From: the human T2T-CHM13v2.0 reference genome, Homo sapiens
Direction: 5' to 3' (one strand)
Length of the DNA: 64,000 nt
Assembly (NCBI RefSeq): GCF_009914755.1
Contig: NC_060935.1
Below the pieces are notes generated by a model. The model did not search any database and had not been told where the DNA came from. It saw nothing but the letters and a program-made list of their open reading frames with translations. Both the position numbers and the translations under genes were made by a program. Of the stretch, positions 13,001 through 27,809 are shown piece after piece; positions within the stretch are counted from its first letter, which is position 1; each line of letters opens with the position of its first letter.

Positions 13001-13529
13001 TTTCCTCTTCTGTAAGTTTTTAAATAATGTTCAAAGAGTGAAATATAATGTATAAAATATGGGGCAATGTATAAAATACAGAAACTATTTTCCAAATATA
13101 AATACCACTTTTCTGAGTTCTTTAAAGTTCTTGAATATCAAGTTATTCAACTAGGAACAAAGGAAAGTTTCACACCTATCCCACACTTAACACGTTCCTG
13201 ATTCCAACATTCTCTTATTTGGGTTATTTATAAACATATCCGTACTCTGCCCATTCCTCCACCCTCAGGTCAGACTGTTAAGGTCATTTGAGTGCAGAGA
13301 CAAGTTTTATTTATATTTGTCTCTCTTACAGACAGTGGCCCAGCATCTAGCACATAGTATGTTTTTTCAAACATTATGAATTTTTCTTCAAAGGAGTAAA
13401 TAGACTTAATTTTTCATACAAGAAAATAAAATTTGGAGTTATGCATATACCACACCAAAGCAATCTGTTATAATGATGAAAACCCAATTATCCCATTGTG
13501 ATTCTACTTAATACTGAACAACCCACCAG

Positions 13530-13760
13530 GAGTAGTAGAAAGAAATGGGAAAACAGAGACCTGGTTTCAAAACCTAGCTCCCTCCTATTTACTAAATGAC
13601 CTTGAGTAAGTTGCTTAATAGCCTGAATTTCAGTTTCCTTATCTATGACAAAGGGATAATAACTACCTCATGGGGTCTGTTATAAAGATTATTAAGAAAT
13701 AATATATCTAAAGACTCTACCACAGAGCATCCATGCTACATTGTAGGAACTCAGTTCTCA
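13530..13760 (+). mobile_element. MIR SINE
   Basis: gaccttgagtaagttgctt...cagtttccttatct. Confidence 0.7.
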
Positions 13761-13954
13761 TCATTCAATGGACTCAATCAACTATTAATTAACTCTGAAT
13801 TTTTATGTACAACAGTAAGTCTGGCTGATCCTCCACTGTATTTCAGGGGCTATGGTGGACACCCACCTATGATATTGTCTATCCAACCCCCTCTGTCCAT
13901 TTGAGAATAGTTCTTCTTTCAATTGCAACCTTGTGATTTGCACACACAGGAAAT

Positions 13955-14071
13955 TATATATATACATATATATACACACACACACACACACAGATATATG
14001 TATATATATATACACACACACACATATATATGTATATATATATACACACACATATATATACATATATATAT
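13955..14071. repeat. Compound (TA)n/(CA)n microsatellite at an Alu tail
   Basis: Alternating TA and CA runs visible directly. Confidence 0.95.
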
Positions 14072-14700
<629 letters not shown>

Positions 14701-14719
14701 TGTGAAGTTCCTGTGTTAT

Positions 14720-15350
14720 TCTGAGTCCTATGAGCAGTTCTGAGGTGAGATTAGAAGTGCAAGACATAGATTAGGGAAAATATCTAATCTATGTCTTGTG
14801 ATGGAAAATGTGAGAGAAAATGTGGATGGAGACAGAGAAGGCTGGGAGAGCCATCAGACCAAGAAGAGGGTTTAATCTTTGTGAAGAGAAGAATAAAGGG
14901 GAAAGGTTGGGTGGAAGAATCTTGGGCTGCAGTGCAGTTCGAAGGAAGTTCACCAAGTCCGATGGAGAATCCTTGAGCCAGAGTCACCTATCAGAGGAGT
15001 CCTGTGTCTCCCAAGAACAGCCCAATACAGAATCTTGCCACATTCACTCACCGGCTGGGAGCAACTTGTGTAGGGTTGCCAGATTACATATAGGACACGC
15101 AGTTAAATTTGAATTTGAATTTCAGATAAATGATGAAACATTTGTTAATATAAATAGGTCCCAAATATTGCATGGGCATCCTGTATTTTTATTTGCTAAA
15201 TCTGACACGCCTAAGCTTGTGGGAGCACTTGTATTCAGTGTAACACAGTAAGAGATTTGAGTGCAGCAGCTGGGACCATCCGCCAGTCATGCTGTCATAA
15301 TCAGGGATCTGTGAGGCACAGCCCCGTGGCCACTACAGTACACCTTCCAG
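14720..15350 (-). mobile_element. ERVL LTR (LTR33-like), interrupted by MER53
   Basis: tctgaggtgagattagaagtgcaag...ggctgggagagccatcagacc...ggctgcagtgcagttc. Confidence 0.55.
15071..15213. mobile_element. MER53 hAT MITE, internally deleted
   Basis: Termini tagggttgccagatt and aaatctgacacgccta, with cagttaaatttgaatttcagataaa. Confidence 0.8.
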
Positions 15351-15426
15351 TAGATTTCTCTTCTTCCAAAACTAGTCGGAGTTTACCTTTTTCACTTGCA
15401 ATCTAAAGAATTCTGACTGATTGCTA

Positions 15427-15996
15427 CAGTTACCTATTGACTTATAACACACAATTCCCAACTTTGTAGTGTAAAACAAAAACTATTTTATTATGCCTGT
15501 GGGTTCTGTGGGTCATGAATTGGGATATTTTATAGGGAGGATGGCTTATCTCTGCTCCACAATGTCTGAGGCCTCATCTGGGATGCAAAAACAGAGGATG
15601 ATACAAGTGGCCGAAGGGCTGAGTCATCTGGAGGCTTCTTCACTGGTATGTCTGGTGCCTAGGCTGGAAGGACTTGAGGGCTGTGCTCAGTTGAGACTGT
15701 GAACCAGAATGCCTTCACATGTCTTCTCCATGTGGCATGGAATTCCTCACAACATGACTGCATCAGGGTAGTTGGATTTTTTCCTTAGAGGCTTAGGACC
15801 CCAAGCATGATTGTTTCAGTAAATAAGGCAGGAACTGCATGGTCTTTAATGTCTTAGCCTCAAAAGTTACCCAGTCTCACAACTGCTGTATCCTACTGGT
15901 CAAAGCAAGCACAAGCCACCTACATTCAAGGAGAGGGGATCTAGACCCCACCTTATGATGAGAAAGAATTTATAGGCATATTTTTAAAGTGCCACA
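15427..15996 (-). mobile_element. MaLR LTR (MLT1G/H-like)
   Basis: ggttctgtgggtcatgaattggg...ggatggcttatctctgctccacaatgtctgaggcctca...tttttaaagtgccaca. Confidence 0.7.
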
Positions 15997-16174
<178 letters not shown>

Positions 16175-16744
16175 TAAAGTGCCACATTAGTTAGTTGACC
16201 AGGCTCAGCACATGATTTTTAAAAATCCCTCTTGCCTCTTAATGTCTGTGAAAGACCGTGCTCTGGTAGGAACGCTGACTCTTTCAGAAAGCAAGAACTC
16301 AAATGTTTTGTGAGTCTATGGCATAAAGTCCTTTCCTAACATCTACTCAGAGCATCCTTGGGGGTACCAACAAGACCACTAACTTTTTCTGCACTCTTTC
16401 TTGACTAACAACCCTTCGATTAAAAATTTAAGCAACTGCGTAATATAGAAGGAACATCAGAACAAGTTTATTTTCTTTACAGACAGAGACCTCCAATCCC
16501 ATCAATTATTCTCTGTCATTTGGTGTAAAGCTGCAGATAGAGGTTACAACAGCTGTGAGGATGTGCAGAAGGAAAATGAGAACAGCCTTTTTTATCTTCA
16601 GAGACTTTGGGCAGACCAACTATCATTCTCACAACCAACTTTCTAAAGACTTTTGACAATCTGGATATCAGTAATAGTTGATTGAAAAGTACTTCTTCAT
16701 TGTATCATCTGTGCAAGAATCCATAATTAAAAATATAAAATAAA

Positions 16745-17300
16745 ACACTGTGGGCTCCTTTATATGGCAGACATGGATTTAAATTCTACCTTTTCTCCCA
16801 TTTTTGTCTAGGTAGACGTGTACAAGTCACTCTGCCTTTCTGAGACTTATTTTCCACACAGTGCAATGCAATTAATAACCCTGCCTGAAAGACTGAGTGT
16901 GAGAATTAGAATAATAAATATAAAATAAAGCACCCAGAAGATTGCATAGTGGCGGGTGAGATATAAAAAGAAATTTCGGAGTAAACATCACCAGATGCTT
17001 GCCATGTACCAAACACCATACTAGAAACTGCAGGGGACACAGGGATGATCAAGGCACAGTTCTTGTCACCAGAAATAACATAGTTGATTAAAGGACTAGC
17101 CTATCTGCTATGAAGGAATCAGCGAGTATGAGGCTGAGTTCCAAGTAAGGTGTGTCCTAGCATTCTCTGGCTAACCATTATTGCCTCAGTTTCCTCATCT
17201 GTTATGATGAGAATAATAATAACCACCTTGCCTACCTCACAGGGTTATTCTGAATATTACCTAAATAGTAGGGATTAAAGTCCTTGGTAAATACTAAAAT
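16745..17300 (+). mobile_element. MIR fragments (~16745-16960 and ~17130-17300)
   Basis: gcctcagtttcctcatctg...cctacctcacagggttattctg. Confidence 0.65.
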
Positions 17301-17319
17301 ATTAAAGTGTAGTCTTGCC

Positions 17320-17483
17320 TCACTAACCAAAGTGTGGCCCATGGACCACCAGAATTGACATCACCTAGGAGCTGGTTAGAAATGCAGACTCTTAGGCCCC
17401 ACCACAGACCTACTGAATCAGAGTTTATTGTTTAACAAGACTATTCGTGATTCCTATGCTCATTAATGTTGGAAAGACAGTGA
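17320..17483. mobile_element. MER5A/B hAT MITE
   Basis: aaagtgtggcccatggacc...catcacctaggagctggttagaaatgcagactcttaggccccaccacagacctactgaatcag. Confidence 0.85.
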
Positions 17484-18964
17484 TCTATATAACAGTTAAC
17501 ATTGCAATAAAAAAAAAAACGAAGCAATTTGATTCATTTCAAAGCAACCTATGGGCCCATGCAAAATGATCTAATAAAAATTAAAAGCCTAATTTCTAAG
17601 AAAACCAATTAGAAAGACAAGTGGGCCCCTAAATAGGACAGGCTAAATAGGAGGCATTCCTAGAGGTTGTGGAATTTTAAAAATGTGCTTCAGTCTCACC
17701 ACTAATGTCAACTGAGTAAAGAGTCTCCATCATAAGAAAGAGTTGTATAACCTGTCTTCTACCTGCACGGCTGAGCCCTGGCCAAGCAGGTCATTTTAGC
17801 CATCTCAATGAGCGAGGCACTTCATGGTGCACTGGGCCCACTGTGGCAACTGCAATCAAATCAAGATGGGTAATGTGCAGTATAAGTGTTTAGCCCTCAC
17901 AGTGCCTCATTCAGCCCTCTATTATGGCTTTATCCATTGTACCCTATTATCTGTGTTCAGGTCTGTCTCCTCCACTGCACTGTGAGCTCCTTGGGGGTCA
18001 AGGGCAATGACTGTTTTCTCTGTAATCTCTCAACTCTCAGCACAGTGCTACTGCAAAACTGATGGGAAGATTTAGTGGGGGATTAAAGGGAAAGTCCCCA
18101 TTTTGGTCAGACCCAATGTGGACACCTTTTCTTCTTACACGGTTCCCGTTCTTCTGATCCCCTTCTCCGTACATGTCTCAAAAGCTCTTATTCTTCACCT
18201 GTGCAGTCTTTGGATTCATTTTAAACAGAATTTTTATTAACATATTTTTATTGAGGCTTTTTCTATTTTGAATTATTATAACTTTTATATACACTGGAAG
18301 GTAAGGGAGGTGTTCAACTTTATTGTTTGCATATGGCTATCTAGTTGTCTCAGCACTATTTGTTGAAAAGACTATTCTTTGCCACCACTGAATTGTCTTG
18401 GCACTCTTGTCAGAAATCAATTTACTGTATATGAAACTGCCTCAGTTCTATTCCATCTGTCTTTATGTCTATCCTTATGCCAGTGCCATACAGTCTTGAT
18501 AACTGTACTGTTTTATTGCTTTGAAATCAGGAAGTGTGAACTCTCCAACTTTGTTTGTTTTCAAAACTCTTTTGGCTATTCAGGGTCCCTTGCAATTCCA
18601 TATGAATTTTAGGATCAACTTTTTCATTTCTGCAAAAAAAAAAAAGAGGTGGGGTGGGGGGTGTGCAGGTAGGATTTTGATAATTATTGCATTGACTCTG
18701 TGGGCCATTTTATGGAGTATTACCATGTTGACAATATTAAGTTTTAACAATTCTTGAACACAGGATGTCTTTCCATTTATTTAAATTTCTTTAAATTTCT
18801 TTCAGTAATGATTTGTAATTTTTGATGTACACATTTGCACCTCTTTTTTATATTGTATCAAAATTGGAATTGTACTATATTTGATATTACTGCATCCAAA
18901 ACTAAAATTGTTTTTTAAGTTTCATTTTTGATTGTTCATTGGCAATATATAAAAATACACTTGA

Positions 18965-21253
18965 GAAAAAAATTTGGATTTCTCCCTCTCCCTCCCCCTA
19001 CCCCTCCCCCTCCCTCTCCCTCATCTCCGTCTCCCTCTCCCCACGGTCTCCCTCTCCCTCTCTTTCCACGGTCTCCCACTGATGCCCAGCCGAAGCTGGA
19101 CTGTACTGCTGCCATCTCGGCTCACTGCAGCCTCCCTGCCTGATTCTCCTGCCTCAGCCTGCCAAGTGCCTGCGATTGCAGGCGCGCGCCGCCACGCCTG
19201 ACTGCTTTTCGTATTTTTTTGGTGGAGACGGGGTTTCGCTGTGTTGGCTGGGCTGGTCTCCAGCTCCTAACCGCGAGTGATCCGCCAGCCTCGGCCTCCT
19301 GAGGTGCCAGGATTGCAGACGGAGTCTGGTTCACTCAGTGCTCAATGGGGCCCAGGCTGGAGTGCAGTGGCGTGATCTCGGCTCGCTACAACCTCCACCT
19401 CCCAGCCGCCTGCCTTGGCCTCCCAAAGTGCCGAGATTGCAGCCTCTGCCCGGCTGCCACCCCGTCTGGGAAGTGAGGAGCGTCTCTGCCTGGCCGCCCA
19501 TCGTCTGGGACGTGAGGAGCCCCACTGCCTGGCTACCCAGTCTGGAAAGTGAGGAGCGTCTCTGCCCGGCCACCATCCCATCTAGGAAGTGAGGAGCGCC
19601 TCTTCCCTGCGGCCATCCCGTCTAGGAAGTGAGGAGCGCCTCTTCCCTGCGGCCATCCCATCTAGGAAGTGAGGAGCGTCTCTGCCCGGCCGCCATCCCG
19701 TCTAGGAAGTGAGGAGCGTCTCTGCCCGGCCGCCATCCCGTCTAGGAAGTGAGGAGCGTCTCTGCCCGGCCGCCATCCCGTCTAGGAAGTGAGGAGCGTC
19801 TCTGCCCGGCAGCCATCCCGTCTAGGAAGTGAGGAGCGTCTCTGCCCGGCCGCCATCCCGTCTAGGAAGTGAGGAGCACCTCTTCCCGGCCGCCATCCCG
19901 TCTAGGAAGTGAGGAGCGCCTCTTCCCGGCCGCCATCCCATCTAGGAAGTGAGGAGCGTCTCTGCCCGGCGGCCCATCATCTGAGATGTGGGGAGCGCCT
20001 CTGCCCCGCCGCCCCGTCTGGGATGTGAGGAGCGCCTCTACCCAGCTGCGACCCCGTCTGGGAGGTGAGGAGCGTCTCTGCCCAGCCGCCCCGTCTGAGA
20101 AGTGAGGAGACCCTCTGCCTGGCAACCGCCCCATATGAGAAGTGAGGAGCCCCTCCGCCCGGCAGCCACCCCGTCTGGGAAGTGAGGAGTGTCTCTGCCT
20201 GGCAGCCACCCCATCCGGGAGGGAGGTGGGGGTCAGCCCCCGCCAGGCCAGCCGCCCCGTCCGGGAGGGAGGTGGGGGGATCAGCCCCCCACCCGGCCAG
20301 CCGCCCCGTCCGGGAGGGAGGTGGGGGGGTCAGCCCCCCGCCCGGCCAGCCGCCCCGTCAGGGAGGTGAGGGGCGCCTCTGCCCGGCCGCCCCTACTGGG
20401 AAGTGAGGAGCCCCTCTGCCCGGCCAGCCGCCCCGTCCGGGAAGGAGGTGGGGGGGTCAGCCCCCCACCCGGCCAGCCGCCCCATCCGGGAGGGAGGTGG
20501 GGGTGTCAGCCCCCCGCCCGGCCAGCCGCCCCGTCCGGGAGGGAGGTGGGGGGGTCAGCCCCCTGCCCAGCCAGCCGCCCCGTCCGGGAGGGAGGTGGGG
20601 GGGGTCAGCCCCCCGCCCGGCCAGCCGCCCCGTCCGGGAGGTGAGGGGCGCCTCTGCCCGGCCGCCCCTACTGGGAAGTGAGGAGCCCCTCTGCCCGGCC
20701 ACCACCCCGTCTGGGAGGTGTACCCAACAGCTCATTGAGAACGGGCCATGATGACAATGGCGGTTTTGTGGAATAGAAAGGGGAGAAAGGCGGGGAAAGG
20801 ATTGAGAAATCGGATGGTTGCCGTGTCTGTGTAGAAAGAGGTAGACACGGGAGACTTTTCATTTTGTTCTGTACTAAGAAAAATTCTTCTGCCTTGTGAT
20901 CCTGTTGATCGGTGACCTTACCCCCAACCCTGTGCTCTCTGAAGCATGTGCTGTGTCCACTCAGGGTTAAATGGATTAAGGGCGGTGTAAGATGTGCTTT
21001 GTTAAACAGATGCTTGAAGGCAGCATGCTCATTAAGAGTCATCACCACTCCCTAATCTCAAGTACCCAGGGACACAAACACTGCGGAAGGCCGCAGGGTC
21101 CTCTGCATAGGAAAACCAGAGACCTTTGTTCACTTGTTTATCTGCTGACCCTCCCTCCACTATTGTCCTATGACCCTGCCAAATCCCCCTCTGTGAGAAA
21201 CACCCAAGAATGATCAATAAAAAAAATAAAAAAAATAAAAAGATAAGCCAAAA
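18965..21253 (+). mobile_element. Full-length SVA (SVA_D-like)
   Basis: (CCCTCT)-type hexamer ~18982-19040, Alu-like domain ~19040-19440, VNTR ~19440-20720, SINE-R ~20720-21215, AATAAA plus A tail. TSD AAAAATACACTTGA at 18951-18964 and 21254-21267. Confidence 0.96.
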
Positions 21254-21267
21254 AAAAATACACTTGA

Positions 21268-21635
21268 CTTTTTTTTAACTTTAAGTTCCTGGATATATGT
21301 GCAGAATGTGCAGGTTTGTTACATAGGTATACATGTGCCATGGTGATTTGCTGCACCTATTAACCCATCATCTAGGTTTCAAGCCCTGCATTAGGTATTT
21401 GTCCTAATGCCCTCCCTCCCCTTGCCCTCCACCTACCAACAGGCCCTGGTGTGTTGTTCCCCTCCCTGTGTCCATGTGTTCTCATTGTTCAACTCCCACT
21501 TATGAGTGAGAACATGCAGCATTTGGTTTTCTGTTCCTGTGTTAGTTTGCTGAGAATGATGGTTTCCACCTTCATCCATGTCCCTGCAAAGGACACGATC
21601 TCATTATTTTCTTATGGCTGCAGAGTATTATATGG
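21268..21635 (-). mobile_element. 5'-truncated L1PA 3' end (L1PA8-10-like)
   Basis: Poly(T), then gtgcagaatgtgcaggtttgttacatagg...cccacttatgagtgagaacatg. Confidence 0.88.
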
Positions 21636-22980
21636 AAAAATACTCTTGATTTTTAGATATCAATCTTGCATTCTTCAACCTTGCAGAATTTATTTATTAG
21701 CCCTAGTAATGTTTTTGTGGATTCCATAAGATTTTCTGTACGCAATATGATGTCATCCATTAACAGAGACAGTTTTGCTTCTTCCTTTCCAATCTCGATT
21801 ATTTGATTGCTTTTTTCATTCATAATTACCCTGGCTAGAACCTCCAGTATAATGTTGAATAGACATAGCAAGATCAGACATTCTTGTCTTGTTGCTTATG
21901 TTAGGGAAAAAGCTTTCAGTCTTTCACCTATTAAGTAGGATATTAACTGTGAGTTTTTGCTAGATTTCCTCAGGTTGAGGAAGTTCCCTCTAACTGTTGA
22001 GGAAACAGGTAGAAGAAACTTTGTTGAGTGCTTTTTTTTTTTTTTTTATCATGAAATGGTGTTGGTGTTTGTCAAATGTTTGGCTTTTTTTTGTTGGTTT
22101 TTTCTTTTTTTTGCATCTATTGAGGTGATCATGTAGGGTTTTTCTCTGTATTCTATTAATATGGTGCATCACGTTGATTAATTTGCATATATTGAAACAA
22201 ACCTGCATTCCTGAGATAACTCCCACTTAGTCTTGGTGTATATTTTTTTTAAAATATATGGCTGAATTCAGTTTGCTAGTATTTTGTTGAAGATTTTGCA
22301 CCTACATTCATAAGAGATACTGCTCTATCATTTCCCTTTCTTGTGATGTCTTTGCCTGATTTAAATATGCTGGCCTCAAAGAATGTGTTAGCCTCATAGA
22401 AAGTGTTCCCTCTTCTATTTTTTTGAATAATGTGTGAAAAATTGGTGTTAATTCTTCTTTAAATGTTTGGTAGAATTCACCAGTGAAATCATCTGGTCCT
22501 GGACTTTTCTTTGTGGGAAGTTTTCTCATTAGTAATTCAATCTCCTTATTTGTTATAGGCCTATGAAGATTTATTATCTCTTCTTGAGTCAAATTCATTA
22601 GTGTGTGTCTTTCTAGCAATTTGTCCATTTCATCTAGGTTATCTAATTTTTTGGCATATATATTAATTGTTCATAGTATTCCCTTGTAAACCTTTTTATT
22701 TTTATAACACCGGTAGTAATGTCCCCTCTTTCATTCCAGACTTAAGTGATGTGAATCTTCTCTCTTTTGTTCATGGTCAGCCCACTTAAATGTTTGTCAA
22801 TTTGGTTGATCATTTCAAAGAACCAAGTTTTTATTTCATTGATTTTCTCTGTTGTTTTACTATTCTCGATTTCATTATTTCTGCTCCAATATTTATTATT
22901 TACTTACACCTGCCTTGGGATTAGTTTGCTCTTCTTTTTCTAGTTTCTTAAAGTGGAAGCTTAGGTTATTAATTTGAGGT

Positions 22981-23946
22981 CTTTTTTAACTTTTAAATTC
23001 AGGAGTACATGTGCAGGATGTGTAGGTTTGTTAGTAAATGCATGTCATGGGGGTTTCTTGTACCAATTATTTCATCACCCAGGTATTAAGTCTAGAACCC
23101 ATTAGTTATTTTTCCTGATCCTCTCCCTCCTCCCACTCTCCACCTTCTGACAGGCCCCAGTGTGTGTTGTTCCCCTCTATGTGTCCATGTGTTCTCATTA
23201 TTTAGCTCCCACTTGTAAGCAAAAACATGTGGTATTTGGTTTTCTGTGCCCGTGTCAGTTTGCTAAGGATAATGGCCTCCAGCTCCATCCATGTCCCTAC
23301 GAAGGGCATGATCTCGTTTTTTTAATGCCTGCATATATTTCATGGCGTAAATGTACCATATTTTATCTAGTCTGTCATTGACAGGCATTTAGGTTGATTC
23401 CATGTCTTTGCTATTGTGAATAGTGCTGCAATGAACATACATGTACATGTGTCTTTATAATAGAACACTTCCTATTTCTTTGGGTATATCCTCAGTAATG
23501 AGAGTGCTGGGTGGAATGGTATTTCTGACCTTAGTTCTTTGAAGAATCGCCACATTGTCTTCCACAATGGTTGAACTAATTTACACTCCTACCGACAGTG
23601 TGTAAGTGTTCCTTTTTCTCCACAACCTCATCAGCATCTGTTATTTTTTCACTTTTTAATAATAGACATTCTGACTGGTGTGAGATGGTATCTCATTGTG
23701 GTTTTGGTTTGCATTTCTCCAAGGGTCAGTGATGTTCAGCTTTTTTTCATACACTTTTTGGCCACATCTGTATCTTCTTTTAGGAAGTATCTGTTCATGG
23801 CCTTTGCCTACTTTTTAATGGTGTTGTTTGTTTCTTTCTGGTAAATTTGTTTAATTTCCTTATAGATGCTGGATATTAGACCTTTGTCAGATGCAGAGTT
23901 TGCAAAAATTTTCTCCTATTCTGTAGATTGTCTGTTTACTCCGTTG
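22981..23946 (-). mobile_element. L1PA13-15-like 3' portion (non-inverted part)
   Basis: ttcaggagtacatgtgcaggatgtg...tttcatcacccaggtattaag...ctgtttactccgttga. Confidence 0.88.
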
Positions 23947-24458
23947 AAAAAAGAGTCTGAATAGCCAAGGCAATCCTAAGCAAAAAGCTGGAGGCATCAT
24001 GCTACTCGACTTCAAACCATACTACAGGGATACAGTAACCAAAACAGCATGGTACTGGTACAAAAACAGACACATAGGCCAATGGAACAGAATAGAGAAC
24101 CCAGAAATAAGACCACACACCTACAACTATCTGATTTTTGACAAACCTGAGAAAAACAAGCAATGGGGAAAGGATTCCCTATTCAATAAATGGTGCTGGA
24201 ATAACTGGATAGCCATATGCAGAAAATTGAAACTGGACTCCTTCTTTACACTATATACAAAAATTAACTCAAGATGGATTAAAGACTTAAATGTAAAACC
24301 CCAAACTATAAAAACCCTGGAAGACAACCTAGGCAATACCATTCAGGATGTGGGCATGGGCAAAGATTTCATGATGAAGACGCCAAAAGCAAATTCAATA
24401 AAAGCAAAAATAGATGAATGGGATCTAATTAAACTAAAGAGCTTCTGCACAGAAAAGG
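23947..24458 (+). mobile_element. Inverted 5' part of the same L1PA (ORF2 C-terminal remnant)
   Basis: ORF 23999-24475 ([30 protein letters not shown]...[11 protein letters not shown]) is L1 ORF2p. Confidence 0.9.
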
Positions 24459-24659
24459 ACTTAATCTATTTTTAAATATACGTGTTTACCTCTATAATTT
24501 CCCTCCAAGCATTGCTTTTGTGTATCCTATATGTTTTGGTATGTTGTGTTTTCATTTTCATTCATTTCAAAGTGTTTTCTAATTTCCCTTGTGATTTTTC
24601 TCTTTAATCCACTGGTTTTTAGGAGTGTGTTGTTTGATTTCTACATATTTATGAATTGT

Positions 24660-25910
<1,251 letters not shown>

Positions 25911-26164
25911 AATCTCCATTGTTCAGTACCCTACCACATACTATATAACATCATTAAATTTCTATCACCATCAGTGACTCAAGAATGTTACTGATTTAAC
26001 TATATCATCCCAAGAACTTCATAGGCAAAATTAGCAAAGGAAAGCACAGAAACCTGAAGCCCTTTCCCGGCACTGTGATGGAATAATATTATGCACACCA
26101 TATGACTCTCTTTGTCAAATTTTCTGATTCCATAAATTAGAGGCGAAGTCCCATATTCACTCCT

Positions 26165-26599
26165 ATGATGGTTAACTTTGTTAACTTGGCTAGGACACAG
26201 TGCCCAGATATTTGGCCAAACATTATTCTACATATTTCTATGAGGGTATTTGGATGAGATTAACATTTGAATTAGTGGACTGTGAGTAAACGGATTACCC
26301 TCCATAATGTGTGTGGGCTTCATCCAGTCAGTTGAAGGTCTTAACAGAACAGACTGATCTCCCTTGAGCAAAAAGCAATTCTGCCAGCAGGCATCCTTCA
26401 GACTTGAACTGCAACATTAGTTCTTCCCTGTGCCTCCAGCCTGCTGATCTATCCCGCAGATTTTTGACTTGCCAGGCTTCATATTCATAATCACCTAAAC
26501 CAATTGTTTAAAATCTCTCTTTCTCTCTCCCTCTCTCTTTATAAATTCACACATCCTATCTTATTGGTCCTGTTGCTCTGGAGAACCCTGACTAATACA
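26165..26599 (+). mobile_element. MLT2 (MLT2C/D-like) ERVL solo LTR
   Basis: gatggttaactttg...cccagatatttggccaaacattattct...gagaaccctgactaataca. Confidence 0.85.
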
Positions 26600-26857
26600 C
26601 TGTCTAGGAATCTTTTCCATTGGCATGGGCATTAGGTCTTTCATTTTAAAAGAAGAATTCAGAAAATATGTCCATCAACTTCTCTAAAGGCTGAGCAATT
26701 TATTATGTTCTTGCTTGCAAGATGGCAAGTGTGGGCTATCTGGTAGTTAATGATGATGATGATGATGGTGATAGCAGGTAACATTTAGGAAGTGATTACT
26801 CTCTGACAAGCATTGTGCTAAGTGTTTTATATGTTATCTCACATAATTTGTGCAACA

Positions 26858-26985
26858 GACCAGGCATGATGGCTAACATCTGTAATCCCAGCACTTTGGG
26901 AAGCTGAGGCAGGAGAATTGCTTGAGTCCAGGAGATTGAGGCCAGCCTGGACAACAGTGAGACCCCATCTCTAATAATAATAATA
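26858..26985 (+). mobile_element. FLAM monomer, next to a minus-strand MIR
   Basis: Single Alu monomer with (TAA)n tail; TSD ATAATTTGTGCAA. Confidence 0.85.
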
Positions 26986-26994
26986 ATTTGTGCA

Positions 26995-27385
26995 ATGGGT
27001 GCTTTTAGGAATATAGCCCCACAGTTGTCAGCCCTTTCCAAAAATTGCCCTCAGCTGGAGAGAGCTACCTCATTTGAGGCCACACTCCCTTCAGGGAAAG
27101 GACAGCCTGCTTCCCATGATGGATCATTTGTAGGAGTATAAAGACCTCAGCTCCCTCCCTGCACTGCAACACAACTCTGAAGTGCTCTCCCAGCTTTAAA
27201 CTGTCCTGTGAAGTTGCATGAAGCCTCTGTTAAAACTGTACTGCAGCTCAGTTTCTCTGTCTGCCCAAATCTGCTTCTTTTGCTCCCTCTTCACAGGTGT
27301 TAATCCTAAAGCACTCCCTAATAAACTTCCTGCATATTAATCTGCATCTTAGAATTTGTCTCTCAGAGGACCCAACCTGCAACAA
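26995..27385 (+). mobile_element. ERVL LTR (LTR33/LTR16-like)
   Basis: TATAAA box, ccctaataaacttcctgcat...acccaacctgcaaca terminus. Confidence 0.65.
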
Positions 27386-27432
27386 TCCTGTTATGAAGAT
27401 TAAATGTAATAGTCCCCATAAAGTGGACTTGC

Positions 27433-27756
<324 letters not shown>

Positions 27757-27809
27757 CTAACATTAAGTAAGTAGTCAAACGATGGAATTATTACTATGTG
27801 CCACCTAAA

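Noticed and set aside
18928-21217. Many Pro/Gly/Arg-rich ORFs
   Set aside because: They are translations of the SVA Alu-like, VNTR and SINE-R domains.
23999-24475. 158-aa ORF as a host gene
   Set aside because: It is an L1 ORF2p C-terminal remnant in an inverted, truncated L1PA.
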